From Bacteroidota bacterium (GTDB lineage Bacteria > Bacteroidota > Bacteroidia > Chitinophagales > Saprospiraceae), in the NCBI GenBank assembly GCA_030147525.1, contig JASBVF010000008.1, forward strand, positions 58,357 to 90,356: DNA of 32,000 nucleotides, in the 5' to 3' direction. The notes below the pieces were generated by a model, which made no database searches, was not told the origin of the DNA, and worked only from the letters and a program-made list of their open reading frames with translations. Each line of letters opens with the position of its first letter. The first letter of the stretch is position 1. This document shows positions 1 through 8,600 of this stretch, piece after piece. Both the position numbers and the translations under genes were made by a program.

Positions 1-503
1 ACGATGCCGGAAAGCCGCCCTGTGGGGATGTCGCCGACCTCTTCCAGTTCGGGACTGCCGGAGAGGAAGATCATTTTACCATCCAGAAAATTACCCTTGC
101 CGGTGCGGGCGTAGTAGTTGAACAGCGCATTGCGGGCCGTGCCGAAGTGGTTAGGCATGCTGTCACGGGTCAGGGGAATGTACTTGACGCCGGAGGTAGT
201 GCCGGAGGTTTTGGCGAAATATTTCGGAGCGCCTGGCCAGAGCACGTCTTTTTCTCCTTTTTTAATCCGCTCGATCCAGGGGCGGAGGGCTTCATAGTCC
301 CGCAGCGGTACCTGTGCCCGGAAGGCGTCGTAGGATTTTATTTTATCGAAACCATGCTCCCGGCCGAAGGCGGTGCGGCTTCCGTTTTTGATCAAATTTT
401 GAAAAATACGCTCCTGCGCCCCGACGGCGTCAGCGCTCCATCGCTCGATGCTTCGGGCGATGTGGCGGGCAAAGGGGCGGAGGAGAAGGGATTTTAGACG
501 CAT
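1..503 (-). CDS. GH3 (acyl-adenylate-forming, auxin-responsive-promoter) family protein, N-terminal part; the 3' end lies beyond the window start
   Basis: Absent from the ORF track because there is no stop codon in the window. My own minus-strand translation from the ATG at 503-501 is open to position 1: MRLKSLLLRPFARHIARSIERWSADAVGAQERIFQNLIKNGSRTAFGREHGFDKIKSYDAFRAQVPLRDYEALRPWIERIKKGEKDVLWPGAPKYFAKTSGTTSGVKYIPLTRDSMPNHF... The FGREHGF, VPLRDYE and FAKTSGTTSG-KYIP pattern is the conserved N-terminus of bacterial GH3-family proteins. The listed + ORF 147..497 is its antisense shadow. Confidence 0.8.
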   Translation of the reverse strand, partial: MRLKSLLLRPFARHIARSIERWSADAVGAQERIFQNLIKNGSRTAFGREHGFDKIKSYDAFRAQVPLRDYEALRPWIERIKKGEKDVLWPGAPKYFAKTSGTTSGVKYIPLTRDSMPNHFGTARNALFNYYARTGKGNFLDGKMIFLSGSPELEEVGDIPTGRLSGI

Positions 504-556
504 GGGTGGTAAATGATTTTTCAATTCCGGGCCACAAAGTTAAGCCGGGTACTGGC

Positions 557-886
557 TTAACGGTAATCCCTCGTCCTCAATTTCTGATACGCCTCCTCGC
601 CGCGCCTGGCATAAATCACTGCGATAAATATCACTTTCGTTTTCAGGACCTTGAAAATGATTTTGTAGCTCTTTTTGAATTTTTTGAACCGGTACAAATT
701 CCGTTTGGTTGGCAGGCGGTGCTCGAATGGGTAGCCCTCCGGGAAAAGCGCAATTCGTGTCAGCAACCGGTATGCTTCATCCACAAATTGATCGGCATTG
801 GCAAGTGAAGTTTGCCTGATAAAAAGGTAGGTTTCCCGTAGCGATGTTTTGAAGTTTGTCGTGATGACAATGGGGCGTCTATTCAT
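557..886 (-). CDS. type II toxin-antitoxin system toxin, RelE/ParE family
   Basis: Part of ORF 557..952. I place the start at the internal ATG 886-884 (MNRRPIVITTNFKTSLRETYLFIRQ...). It overlaps the upstream gene stop in ATGAATAG (8-nt overlap), which is classic TA coupling. About 109 aa, basic, with the ParE/RelE-like layout A..F..E......I..FP..G.........YR.....Y.I.F.V.....I..V...RR. Confidence 0.72.
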   Translation of the reverse strand: MNRRPIVITTNFKTSLRETYLFIRQTSLANADQFVDEAYRLLTRIALFPEGYPFEHRLPTKRNLYRFKKFKKSYKIIFKVLKTKVIFIAVIYARRGEEAYQKLRTRDYR

Positions 887-1211
887 TTTTCCATGCTTCG
901 ATGCTGGCGCCAAGTTCTTCGTAAGTGAGCGAACCTGATTTTTCAGCTTCATAAATTGTTCTCCTGAACTCCTGCAAAGTCATGTTGTATTCCGGTAAAA
1001 AATCTTCAGCATCCCGCTCGTCGGTAAATTGCCGGCTCCATTCCTCAAAAGTCATTTTCGAAGCATCAAATTCATCCTCATCATCCGGAGTGCTGCCTTT
1101 TTCAGTTTTAAAAGCCCCTTTCAACAGCCGCTGGATTTTCAAAAGCAAATCCATGTCGTCCAGGCTGACCAACTGTTGGATAATTTCAAATTTGACTTCC
1201 TTCGCTGACAT
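879..1211 (-). CDS. putative antitoxin / addiction-module component (family not recognised)
   Basis: 110-aa acidic ORF (DDEDEFD, ERDAEDF) immediately upstream of the toxin and overlapping it by 8 nt. Size, charge and position fit an antitoxin. I see no DNA-binding motif that I can name. Confidence 0.5.
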   Translation of the reverse strand: MSAKEVKFEIIQQLVSLDDMDLLLKIQRLLKGAFKTEKGSTPDDEDEFDASKMTFEEWSRQFTDERDAEDFLPEYNMTLQEFRRTIYEAEKSGSLTYEELGASIEAWKNE

Positions 1212-1240
1212 AGCTTAATTTTTTTCTTCAAAAATAACGA

Positions 1241-3922
1241 TTACTTCCCAAACCTCGCCCGCACTGACAAAATAAAGTTCCGCCCCGGTGCACTCAGCCC
1301 CGACGAGAACTGCCGGTAGTGGAGGTCGGTGATGTTTTCCACCGCCAGGTTCACAGTGAAACGTTCGCTGAGTTGCCAGGAGGTGTAGAGGTTGAAAGTC
1401 GTCCATGCCAGTGTGCCCACGGTTTCGAGGTTACCTTCGCTGTCGAGGCGGGTGTAGGCCAGTTCGGGGTTGTCCTCGGTGCCCTCTTTTTCGACTTGCA
1501 GCTGGCCATTGTCATCGAAAAAAACATTGGCCACGGCGTACTCGCCCAGCAGTTTTTCACCCTGGTAACGGACGGCACCGGAAATCTTGAATTTTTTACC
1601 AGTGAAAGTCAGCGTCGTGCTGCCGTACATCGGCGGGATGTGCGCCGCCGGCACAAGTGTGTCAATGATCGCCACCCCGGCATCGTCGTACTCCCGGAAC
1701 GTGGTGCGGCCTTTAGTGAAATGCAGATCGGAAGTTAGCGAAAAACGGGAACCGATGTACAGCGACGCATTGGCCGACCAGCCGTAGATGTAGCCGGTCT
1801 CCGCATTCACTTTAGCGATGGTTTCGAGCGTATCGCCGTCCATGACGAGGGTGTTGCTGCCATCGGGCAGGGCGAAGGTGCGCCTTACGATGAAATCTTT
1901 GAGTGAAGTGTACCAGCCGGTACAGCCCAAACGGAAAGCCAGTCCTCCACCGTTCACGATGCGACCGAATTGCTGGCCCAGGGAAATTTCGTAGTTGATG
2001 GAAGTCTCCGGACCGAGGTCGGGATTCGGGATGGTGACGAAGCCGTTCTGTTCCCTGATCTGTGAAAAATCGTCGAGATTGGGCGAGCGAAAAGCTTTCG
2101 ACACAAGCAGTCGCCCGTCAAAGCCTGACGGAGTAGCAACCGTAAGCCCGCCGCTCCAGGTCAGATCGTCGTGGTTCGAACCGACGCCGGGGTCGAGGTA
2201 GTAGTCGGGCCAGATGATGATGCTGTCCTGCCGGAAGCTGGAAAAAAGGTGGGCGTAAGTGTAGCGCAGCCCGGCGTTAAAAGCAACGATGGAGTCTTTG
2301 ATTTGGTAACGATAATTGGCATAAAGTCCGGCATTGGTGATTTTGTTTTCACCACCGGGATACCGGGTCGGTACGCTGCGATCGATGCTTTCGTCGGACA
2401 TTTTCACCTTGCCGGCTTCCGACCGGACGTTGTTGTGGTTGACGTCGAGGCCGTACATCACTTCGTGCCGGCCTGTGCTGTCAAGTCTTTTATCAAAATC
2501 AGCGGTGAGGGAGTACACCCACACGTCTTCGATGTTAAAATCCCGCTGGCTGCGATGCAGGCGGCGCCTTAGCCGGTCTTCGTCAATTTTTTGAAAAGAG
2601 CCAATAAAAGTAGCCCGGTCGTACCAGCCGTTGGCATTCGTAAGGCGGGTTTTCAGTGAAGCCAGTAAGCGTTTTTGCGGACCGTAAAACCACTCGGCCC
2701 ATTTCAGGTTACTGGGGTCGCTGCTGCGGCTTTCGGAGAGGTTGTCGTAGCGGGGCACATCGCTGCTGGTGGAGTATTGAAAATTGAAAACGTTGTAAAA
2801 ATGCTCGCTGGGCTGGTATTTTATTTTTTGAGTAAAATCAACCTGCGAGTAAGCCGTGCCGATCTGCACGTTCGAGTTGTCGGAAAACGAGCCGTCCGAA
2901 TTTCTGATCACGTTTTCGATCACCTGGTCGCCGCCATCCACCCGTCTCACGAAGTATAGCCGCTTTCCGAAGTGTTCGTAGCCCGTCGGGCGGTTGCCGC
3001 CCGCCCTCAGGTCGCCATAATCAGTGAAGGTGAAACTGGTAAGCGAGGCCCACTCCATTTTACCATAATTCAAGTCAGCGTGAATCGATTTTTCCTCGTT
3101 CGCACTGGCGTAGCGGGTGTAAACGCCACTCTCCATCCGGTAGCTGCCGGGCGTTTTATCAAAATTCAGTTTGGGTTCTTTTGTTCTGAAATGCACTACG
3201 CCGCCCAGGGCATCGCTGCCGTACATCAGCGAGCCGGGGCCGAAAGTTACCTCCATTCGCTCCAGCATGCCGTTGTCGATGGTGATGGCATTTTGCAGGT
3301 GACCGCCCCGGTAAATGGCGTTGTTCAGTTTTACCCCATCTACCACGAGTACGATGCGATTGGCCTCGTGCCCCCGCATGACGGGACTTCCGCCGCCCAT
3401 CTGGCTTTTCTGGACGTACACGCCGGCGTGCTGTTGCAGCGCATCGACCGTCGTCTGGGATTCGGTGAGGGAGAGATCTTCGTCGGAAATGGTGCTGGTT
3501 TGGTACGGCACTTTGTCGGGCGTGTCGTCCCGGCGGCCGAACACTACAATTTCAGCCAATTCACTCACGAGCGGTTTCATTCTGATGATGCCGCTCAGTT
3601 TTTTTATTTCATAAAACGGGAGCCGAAGCTGCTGGTATCCAATGAAAGTAAAGTTGACCTCGTCCCGGTAATCGAGATCGGTGAGCACTGCTTTGCCATT
3701 CGAACCGGTTGTCGTTGCTATTTTTTGCAAATCTTCGGTAAAAACATTTACGCCGGGCAGTGGATTACCCTGTTCGTCGAGAACCGTTACCGTGTAATCG
3801 TAGAATGAGCCTCCCGCTGAAGTCTTTGCAGTCGGGAACGGCGTATGACCAATTGCGAACAATTGAAAACAAAGCAAAAAGCAATTCAGAACAACGAAGC
3901 GTAAGAGTTTTCCCATGTCCAA
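1241..3922 (-). CDS. TonB-dependent outer-membrane receptor (CarboxypepD_reg-like N-domain, plug and beta-barrel)
   Basis: 893 aa. Signal peptide MGKLLRFVVLNCFLLCFQLFA. N-terminal YDYTVTVLDEQGNPLPGVNVF carboxypeptidase-regulatory-like domain. Plug motifs VVDGVKLNNAIYRGGHLQN and GSDALGGVVHF. Long barrel with alternating Y/F/G-rich strands and a C-terminal aromatic strand (RNFILSVRARF). Substrate unknown. Confidence 0.9.
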   Translation of the reverse strand: MDMGKLLRFVVLNCFLLCFQLFAIGHTPFPTAKTSAGGSFYDYTVTVLDEQGNPLPGVNVFTEDLQKIATTTGSNGKAVLTDLDYRDEVNFTFIGYQQLRLPFYEIKKLSGIIRMKPLVSELAEIVVFGRRDDTPDKVPYQTSTISDEDLSLTESQTTVDALQQHAGVYVQKSQMGGGSPVMRGHEANRIVLVVDGVKLNNAIYRGGHLQNAITIDNGMLERMEVTFGPGSLMYGSDALGGVVHFRTKEPKLNFDKTPGSYRMESGVYTRYASANEEKSIHADLNYGKMEWASLTSFTFTDYGDLRAGGNRPTGYEHFGKRLYFVRRVDGGDQVIENVIRNSDGSFSDNSNVQIGTAYSQVDFTQKIKYQPSEHFYNVFNFQYSTSSDVPRYDNLSESRSSDPSNLKWAEWFYGPQKRLLASLKTRLTNANGWYDRATFIGSFQKIDEDRLRRRLHRSQRDFNIEDVWVYSLTADFDKRLDSTGRHEVMYGLDVNHNNVRSEAGKVKMSDESIDRSVPTRYPGGENKITNAGLYANYRYQIKDSIVAFNAGLRYTYAHLFSSFRQDSIIIWPDYYLDPGVGSNHDDLTWSGGLTVATPSGFDGRLLVSKAFRSPNLDDFSQIREQNGFVTIPNPDLGPETSINYEISLGQQFGRIVNGGGLAFRLGCTGWYTSLKDFIVRRTFALPDGSNTLVMDGDTLETIAKVNAETGYIYGWSANASLYIGSRFSLTSDLHFTKGRTTFREYDDAGVAIIDTLVPAAHIPPMYGSTTLTFTGKKFKISGAVRYQGEKLLGEYAVANVFFDDNGQLQVEKEGTEDNPELAYTRLDSEGNLETVGTLAWTTFNLYTSWQLSERFTVNLAVENITDLHYRQFSSGLSAPGRNFILSVRARFGK

Positions 3923-3995
3923 TTCGTATTGATTAAAAGACCAGTTTCAGAGGCAGGTCAATGTACTTTGTTTGGGATGGCTAAATTTTGCAGGA

Positions 3996-4023
3996 CTAAA
4001 ACCGGATTTTAACATCCGGAAAA
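3996..4023 (-). terminator. weak hairpin downstream of the histidine kinase gene (possible terminator)
   Basis: CCGGAT (4002-4007), 6-nt loop, ATCCGG (4014-4019), flanked by A4 and T4 runs on both sides. The stem is only 6 bp. Confidence 0.3.
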
Positions 4024-4049
4024 TACTGAATCGGGGCGCCTGCTCCGGG

Positions 4050-5225
4050 TTATTTCGGCAACTGAATGGTAAAGGTTGTTCCCTCGTTCAGCACTGACTT
4101 TTTGACAAATATTTTGCCAGAGTGGTAATCGTCGATGATGCGCTTCGTTAACGACAATCCAAGTCCCCATCCCCGTTTTTTAGTTGTGTAGCCGGGTTGG
4201 AACACTGTTTTAAACTTTGAAGTGGGAATCCCCTTGCCCGTATCGCTTAAATCAAGGTAAACGTAGCTGTCATCTTCGTAAACCTCAGCGCTGATTTTAC
4301 CGGTACCTTCCATGGCATCGAGGGCATTTCGAAGCAGGTTTTCAATCACCCAGTCGAACAGGTGAGAGTTAATTCTTACCTCCAGCGGTTCGTTTTCTGC
4401 CGGATCAGGGAAGTCAAAGATTACTTTACGGGGCGCCCGCCGCTGCATGTAGGCCCGGCAAGCTTCCAGTTCTTCGTAAATATTGACGGGGGTAAGCTCC
4501 GGCGCCGATCCGATTTTTGAGAAGCGGTCGGCGATGAGGTCAAGGCGTTTGACATCATTGCCCAGTTCATTGAGTATTTCATTTACTTCCTCATCCTCCT
4601 CCCGAATGGCCCTCAGGTGTTCGATCCAGGCGATGATGCCGGAGATTGGAGTTCCGAGCTGATGGGCTGTTTCTTTCGCCATACCTGCCCAGACCCGGTT
4701 TTGCTCTGCACGCCGGGCGGTGCTGAATCCGAGGTAGCCAAAGGCGATGAACGCCCCAATCAACACCAGCTGAATAAAAGGATAATAATTCAACAATTTT
4801 AAAATCAGGGAGTGCTCGAAATAAAGGTAAATATCGCCGATGGGCGACGAGATGATTTTAGGTTCCTGCCCGGCAGCTCTGAATTCTTCCAGTTTCCCCT
4901 GCAGGAAAACCATGTTGGTGTCCCGGTTTTCTCCGTAATTTTTACCCATTTGCACCTCTCCATCGGGACCTACGAGCAAAATGGGCACCGAGGTATTCGA
5001 CTCAAAAAAGGAATACTGGAAAGTAAAATCACACTGAGAGTCCGTCTCATCCAACGAGTAGGACAGCATGTCGTAGGCTGTTTTCAGCTGCTCCACCTTT
5101 TTCATTTCTTCCTCTGCCAGCTTGTCGCTGAGGTATTTGGTGTAAAACATGGAAATGGCAACGATAACAAAACCTGCTACGGCCAGGTACAACTTCCATC
5201 TTGATTTTCTTTTATAAATATCCAT
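4050..5225 (-). CDS. membrane sensor histidine kinase (2 TM, HisKA, HATPase_c); no response regulator nearby
   Basis: ORF 4050..5288. The better start is ATG 5225-5223 (MDIYKRKSRWKLYLAVAGFVIVAISMFY = TM1). Second TM is YYPFIQLVLIGAFIAFGYLGF. H-box AHQLGTPISGIIAWIEHL, N-box NLLRNALDAM, G-boxes LSDTGKGIP and GWGLGLSLTKRII. Confidence 0.9.
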   Translation of the reverse strand: MDIYKRKSRWKLYLAVAGFVIVAISMFYTKYLSDKLAEEEMKKVEQLKTAYDMLSYSLDETDSQCDFTFQYSFFESNTSVPILLVGPDGEVQMGKNYGENRDTNMVFLQGKLEEFRAAGQEPKIISSPIGDIYLYFEHSLILKLLNYYPFIQLVLIGAFIAFGYLGFSTARRAEQNRVWAGMAKETAHQLGTPISGIIAWIEHLRAIREEDEEVNEILNELGNDVKRLDLIADRFSKIGSAPELTPVNIYEELEACRAYMQRRAPRKVIFDFPDPAENEPLEVRINSHLFDWVIENLLRNALDAMEGTGKISAEVYEDDSYVYLDLSDTGKGIPTSKFKTVFQPGYTTKKRGWGLGLSLTKRIIDDYHSGKIFVKKSVLNEGTTFTIQLPK

Positions 5226-5270
5226 TGAGGAAAATGTGAACAGTGTGAATGAGGTGTTGACTAAAAGCAG

Positions 5271-5300
5271 CAAAAATACATTTTGCAAAGATTATCCAAA
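5271..5300 (-). promoter_or_regulatory. candidate Bacteroidota sigma-A promoter for the kinase gene
   Basis: The minus strand reads TTTG (5300-5297), an 18-nt spacer, then TATTTTTG (5278-5271). This matches the Bacteroidetes -33 TTTG / -7 TAnnTTTG consensus, 46 nt upstream of ATG 5225. Confidence 0.3.
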
Positions 5301-5342
5301 AAACGAAGCGGCATGGAAGAAATTTCCCATGCCGCTTCGTTT
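5298..5342 (-). terminator. rho-independent terminator after the CBS gene
   Basis: Perfect 16-bp inverted repeat AAACGAAGCGGCATGG (5301-5316) / CCATGCCGCTTCGTTT (5327-5342) with a 10-nt loop. On the minus strand the GC-rich stem runs into TTTTTT. It sits 34 nt downstream of stop 5376. Confidence 0.65.
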
Positions 5343-5375
5343 GAACAGTTTTTACGGTTGCTTTATTTTTTCAGG

Positions 5376-6035
5376 TCATACGTTCAGGTAGCTCATCAGC
5401 GCATCGAGGCGCCCCTGCAGTGATTCCAGGTACTCCTCTTCGTTGAAGGAAGCTTTTATTTCATATCCGAAACGGTTAAAAGCATTTATGATGTTATGAA
5501 TATCCTGACGATTGATTTTAAGCGTAACTTCGACGATAGAGTCTTCGGGATGCGAAGTGACGAAAGTGCTGAGAATGGTGGCTCCTTCGGCTTCCACGAG
5601 GCGGGCAATTTCGGCGAGCGAATAGCCCCGCTGCTGAAACTCCAGGACAACGATGCTGCCGGATTCGCTGAAGGCTGCCGTTTTGGCAAAGTAATTCAGT
5701 ACATCCTCCAGCGAAACCATCCCAATATAGTCGCCCTCATCATTCACAACCGGAATAATGGTAAGCTGATGTTCGGCCAGCAGCCGCATCACTTCATAAA
5801 TGTGGTCAGCTCTTTTAACAAAGGAACGAATCAGGGAAAGGTTATAAGAGCCAATAGGCTCGTTGACATTATGAACGAGAATGTCCTCTTCGCTGATAAC
5901 CCCCAGTAGTTGACTATTATTGACAATTGGCAGGTGACGGACGTTAAAGTTTTCCATAGATGCCAGCGCCAACTTTCCCGAATCGGAAGTTCGCAGTGGA
6001 AGTACTGCGGTCGAAATTAAATTTTCAGCAACCAT
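5376..6035 (-). CDS. CBS-pair domain protein with ACT-like C-terminal domain
   Basis: 219 aa. Two CBS repeats (VRHLPIVNNSQLLGVISEEDIL and LTIIPVVNDEGDYIGMVSLEDVL) followed by an about 80-aa regulatory-like domain (SIVVLEF...GATILSTFV...VEVTLKI). Confidence 0.85.
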   Translation of the reverse strand: MVAENLISTAVLPLRTSDSGKLALASMENFNVRHLPIVNNSQLLGVISEEDILVHNVNEPIGSYNLSLIRSFVKRADHIYEVMRLLAEHQLTIIPVVNDEGDYIGMVSLEDVLNYFAKTAAFSESGSIVVLEFQQRGYSLAEIARLVEAEGATILSTFVTSHPEDSIVEVTLKINRQDIHNIINAFNRFGYEIKASFNEEEYLESLQGRLDALMSYLNV

Positions 6036-6224
6036 AGTGTTTGTGTTTAGCCTTTTTATGAAAACGTTTCATATCCCCTTCTGTGTTAGCGTTTCAGTTA
6101 AAGTTCTCTTATTCAGCTGATTTTGCAAAATCCCCGCCAAATGGCAGCCGGGAGGAAAGAATAAGGTCGTGCCGGTGTTTTTTCAGGTGTTTTTACCCGG
6201 CCTGAAAGGCTTTTTCAGCAGTTT

Positions 6225-6998
6225 TTAACCCAGTAGTTTTCGTTTCTGATCAGCAAACTCCTGCTCAGTCAACAAGCCTTTTTCACGAAGTTCTCCAAGC
6301 TTTTTCAATTGGTCGAGCAGGTCTGGCTGGGTGCTGAGTAAATCTTCCTGTTTTTCCGGTAAGGGATTCGATAACCGGAAGCCACTTTCCTCAAAAGTAT
6401 CAAATTCTTTCTGGATACGGAGGTAAGCCAGTGCGTGATGTTCCTTTATTTTCTGAAAATCCCTGAATCCAGCGGCTACTGCCCTGTCGAGATGGAGAAA
6501 AGCTTTCTCGGTATTTTCAACCAGAGAATAAGCGCAGGCCAGGTTAAAGTGAGTAGCGATGTCCCGTGGGGCAATTTCAAGGGATTTTTCAAAATCTTCA
6601 ATAGCTCCCGCATAATCGTACTCTTTAAATTTTTCCAAACCGCTTTTTTTATAGGGATTGGAGCGGGCCGGAGCCGGTTTTGCAGCAGGCCGGGCAGTGC
6701 CTGATTCCCGGCGGCGGTAATCACTTTTGTTTTCTTTTCGTTCGTACCGGCGGTTTCTTTCAAAGTCAGTACCCCCGTATTTTCTTACAGGTATTTTTTG
6801 ATTGTATTTTTCATCAAAACGTTGCTGATCCATGGAAAACAAGCTGATGGCATCCACAAAAGCAATCAGCCAGATCAAGGGAAACCAGCAGAACATCAGA
6901 TAAACAACCCCCAATCCTGTTTGCCCAAGGTAGAAGCGGTGAAACCCCAACCACCCGAGGAACAATGCCAAAATACCTGCTGCATTTTTATCTTTCAT
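6225..6998 (-). CDS. TM2-domain membrane protein with TPR repeats and C-terminal SHOCT domain
   Basis: 257 aa. N-terminal TM2 signature KNAAGILALFLGWLGFHRFYLGQTGLGVVYL. Basic linker. TPR-like YDYAGAIEDFEKSLEIAPRDIATHFNLACAYSLVENTEKAFLHLDRAV. C-terminal LLDQLKKLGELREKGLLTEQEFADQKRKLL, a SHOCT motif. Confidence 0.8.
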   Translation of the reverse strand: MKDKNAAGILALFLGWLGFHRFYLGQTGLGVVYLMFCWFPLIWLIAFVDAISLFSMDQQRFDEKYNQKIPVRKYGGTDFERNRRYERKENKSDYRRRESGTARPAAKPAPARSNPYKKSGLEKFKEYDYAGAIEDFEKSLEIAPRDIATHFNLACAYSLVENTEKAFLHLDRAVAAGFRDFQKIKEHHALAYLRIQKEFDTFEESGFRLSNPLPEKQEDLLSTQPDLLDQLKKLGELREKGLLTEQEFADQKRKLLG

Positions 6999-7123
6999 TC
7001 GTTGTGTCTCAGTTTTTCGAATTTAAAACGCCAACATGATGGAAGGGTTGTCAAATCATTGTTTTCAATTAGACTTTCCCGGGCTTTTATAGAGGAAAAC
7101 CATAATCTGCAAGACGTGCGACC

Positions 7124-8386
7124 CTAATCCTCACTGGTTTGTGTGTTGAAAATCTTACAGGTCAGCACGGTGAAATCATCCTGGAATTTCGCCTGTCCCC
7201 GAAAATGCTCCAACTCCTGCATAATCTTCTTGTTGAAATCAGTTGCTGACAATTTGTAATGTTCCAGGACAAAACGCTGGCCAAATTCCTGGTCAACAAA
7301 TTCCCCCTGTTCATTTTGCAACTCCGTCAGTCCGTCCGTGAAGAGGCAGATCAGCGCCTCACCTTCAATTTTCACAACACCCTCATCGATGAAGGGTAGT
7401 TCGTCGAAAGCCCCTAGTACCGTCGTCCCTTCATTTAACCGAAGGAGCTGATCATTCATGGCGAGCACCGGCTGATTGTGGCCGGCGTTGACGTAGTGCA
7501 GCATTCTTGTGTTTTGGTCAAAATGCGCCACAAAGAAAGTCAGAAAACGCTCGCCTTTCGTGATGCGCAAGACGGCCCTGTTCAAATCTTCCACAAAATC
7601 GGTCAGATTGTGATGACGCTCCAGCAGGCTGTGAAAGCTCGACTGAAAATTTGACATCAGCAGGGCTGCGGCCACTCCTTTTCCGGCGATATCAGCAATG
7701 CAAAAAGTAATCCGTCCGTCTTCATGTTCCACAAAGTCGAAATAATCTCCCCCGACATTCAGATGAGGTTTGTAAATAGCCGAAAGCTCATATTCCTTGC
7801 GGGTAGGCAGCGATTTGGGTATGAGCAATTGTTGCATCTCCCTGGCCAGCTCCATCTCTTTTTTGAGGCGCTCCTGCTCAAGCTGCTGTTTGAAAAGCCG
7901 CTTGTTTTCAATCGCCACCGTGATGATATTCGTAATGGTGGTGATAAATTGTACTTTGTTATACATATCGTCATCCTCGCCAAAGCCGCCAATAAAGACA
8001 TAGGCCAGGTGCGTTTCTTTGTGCTTTACCGGAATTACAACGTCGAAAAGTTTGACGAAAGGATGATCGTCATCGGCGATGGTAACGAGCCGGGTAAATT
8101 TGGAAAGCTGATTACTGATATCCACGGCGAGATGTTCCTTCTCCAAACCAATGGAGGCAGTGCACACCCATTTCTCCTTGTTTCGGAAAAAAAGCGCCAT
8201 TTTTTTAACGCCCATTTCCCAACCTAAAAACGAGGTATACATTTCAAAAAGACCTGATACCTTCACGTTGTTGTTAATCGCCTGCGTAATGTTCAACAGA
8301 CGATTAATCTGCAACTGTTTCAAGTTCAGCTCTCTTTCCAATTGTCCGATAGTACTCAGCCCTTGTTTCACGCTTTTTAATGTCAT
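7124..8386 (-). CDS. GAF-domain SpoIIE/PP2C-family serine phosphatase (RsbU-like)
   Basis: 420 aa. Coiled-coil plus GAF-like N-half. C-half carries PPM/SpoIIE motifs GGDYFDF, FCIADIAGKGVAAALLMS, YVNAGHNQP, LFTDGLTE and DDFTVL. Confidence 0.85.
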   Translation of the reverse strand: MTLKSVKQGLSTIGQLERELNLKQLQINRLLNITQAINNNVKVSGLFEMYTSFLGWEMGVKKMALFFRNKEKWVCTASIGLEKEHLAVDISNQLSKFTRLVTIADDDHPFVKLFDVVIPVKHKETHLAYVFIGGFGEDDDMYNKVQFITTITNIITVAIENKRLFKQQLEQERLKKEMELAREMQQLLIPKSLPTRKEYELSAIYKPHLNVGGDYFDFVEHEDGRITFCIADIAGKGVAAALLMSNFQSSFHSLLERHHNLTDFVEDLNRAVLRITKGERFLTFFVAHFDQNTRMLHYVNAGHNQPVLAMNDQLLRLNEGTTVLGAFDELPFIDEGVVKIEGEALICLFTDGLTELQNEQGEFVDQEFGQRFVLEHYKLSATDFNKKIMQELEHFRGQAKFQDDFTVLTCKIFNTQTSED

Positions 8387-8600
8387 GTGAAGCGTAGTTT
8401 TGTAATCAAGTTGGTCGATGCGAAGGGATGGGTAAAAATAGAAATTGACCGCTAAACTTTTCTATAAAAGTATTTTTCATGAAAATTTGCCGACAAGAAT
8501 CGTGAGAAATAACCTGAAATGCCTTCTTTTGGCTGACTTTTCGAAATTGCGTCTTTGTCCGGCCCCAAGCCATTTCAAACAGTTTCAACAAACACTGCGA

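Noticed and set aside
147-808. Plus-strand ORFs 147..497 and 506..808
   Set aside because: The first is antisense to the (untracked) GH3-family gene. The second is antisense to the RelE/ParE toxin. Neither has a recognisable fold.
1319-3808. Plus-strand ORFs 1319..1738, 2171..2572 and 2972..3808 inside the TonB-dependent receptor
   Set aside because: They are antisense shadows. The minus frame has plug and barrel motifs.
3923-4049. Possible riboswitch (cobalamin) or Fur box upstream of the TonB-dependent receptor
   Set aside because: The gap is only 127 nt. I found no B12-box-like GCCACTG core and no convincing 19-bp Fur palindrome, only a 6-bp hairpin that fits a weak terminator for the upstream kinase.
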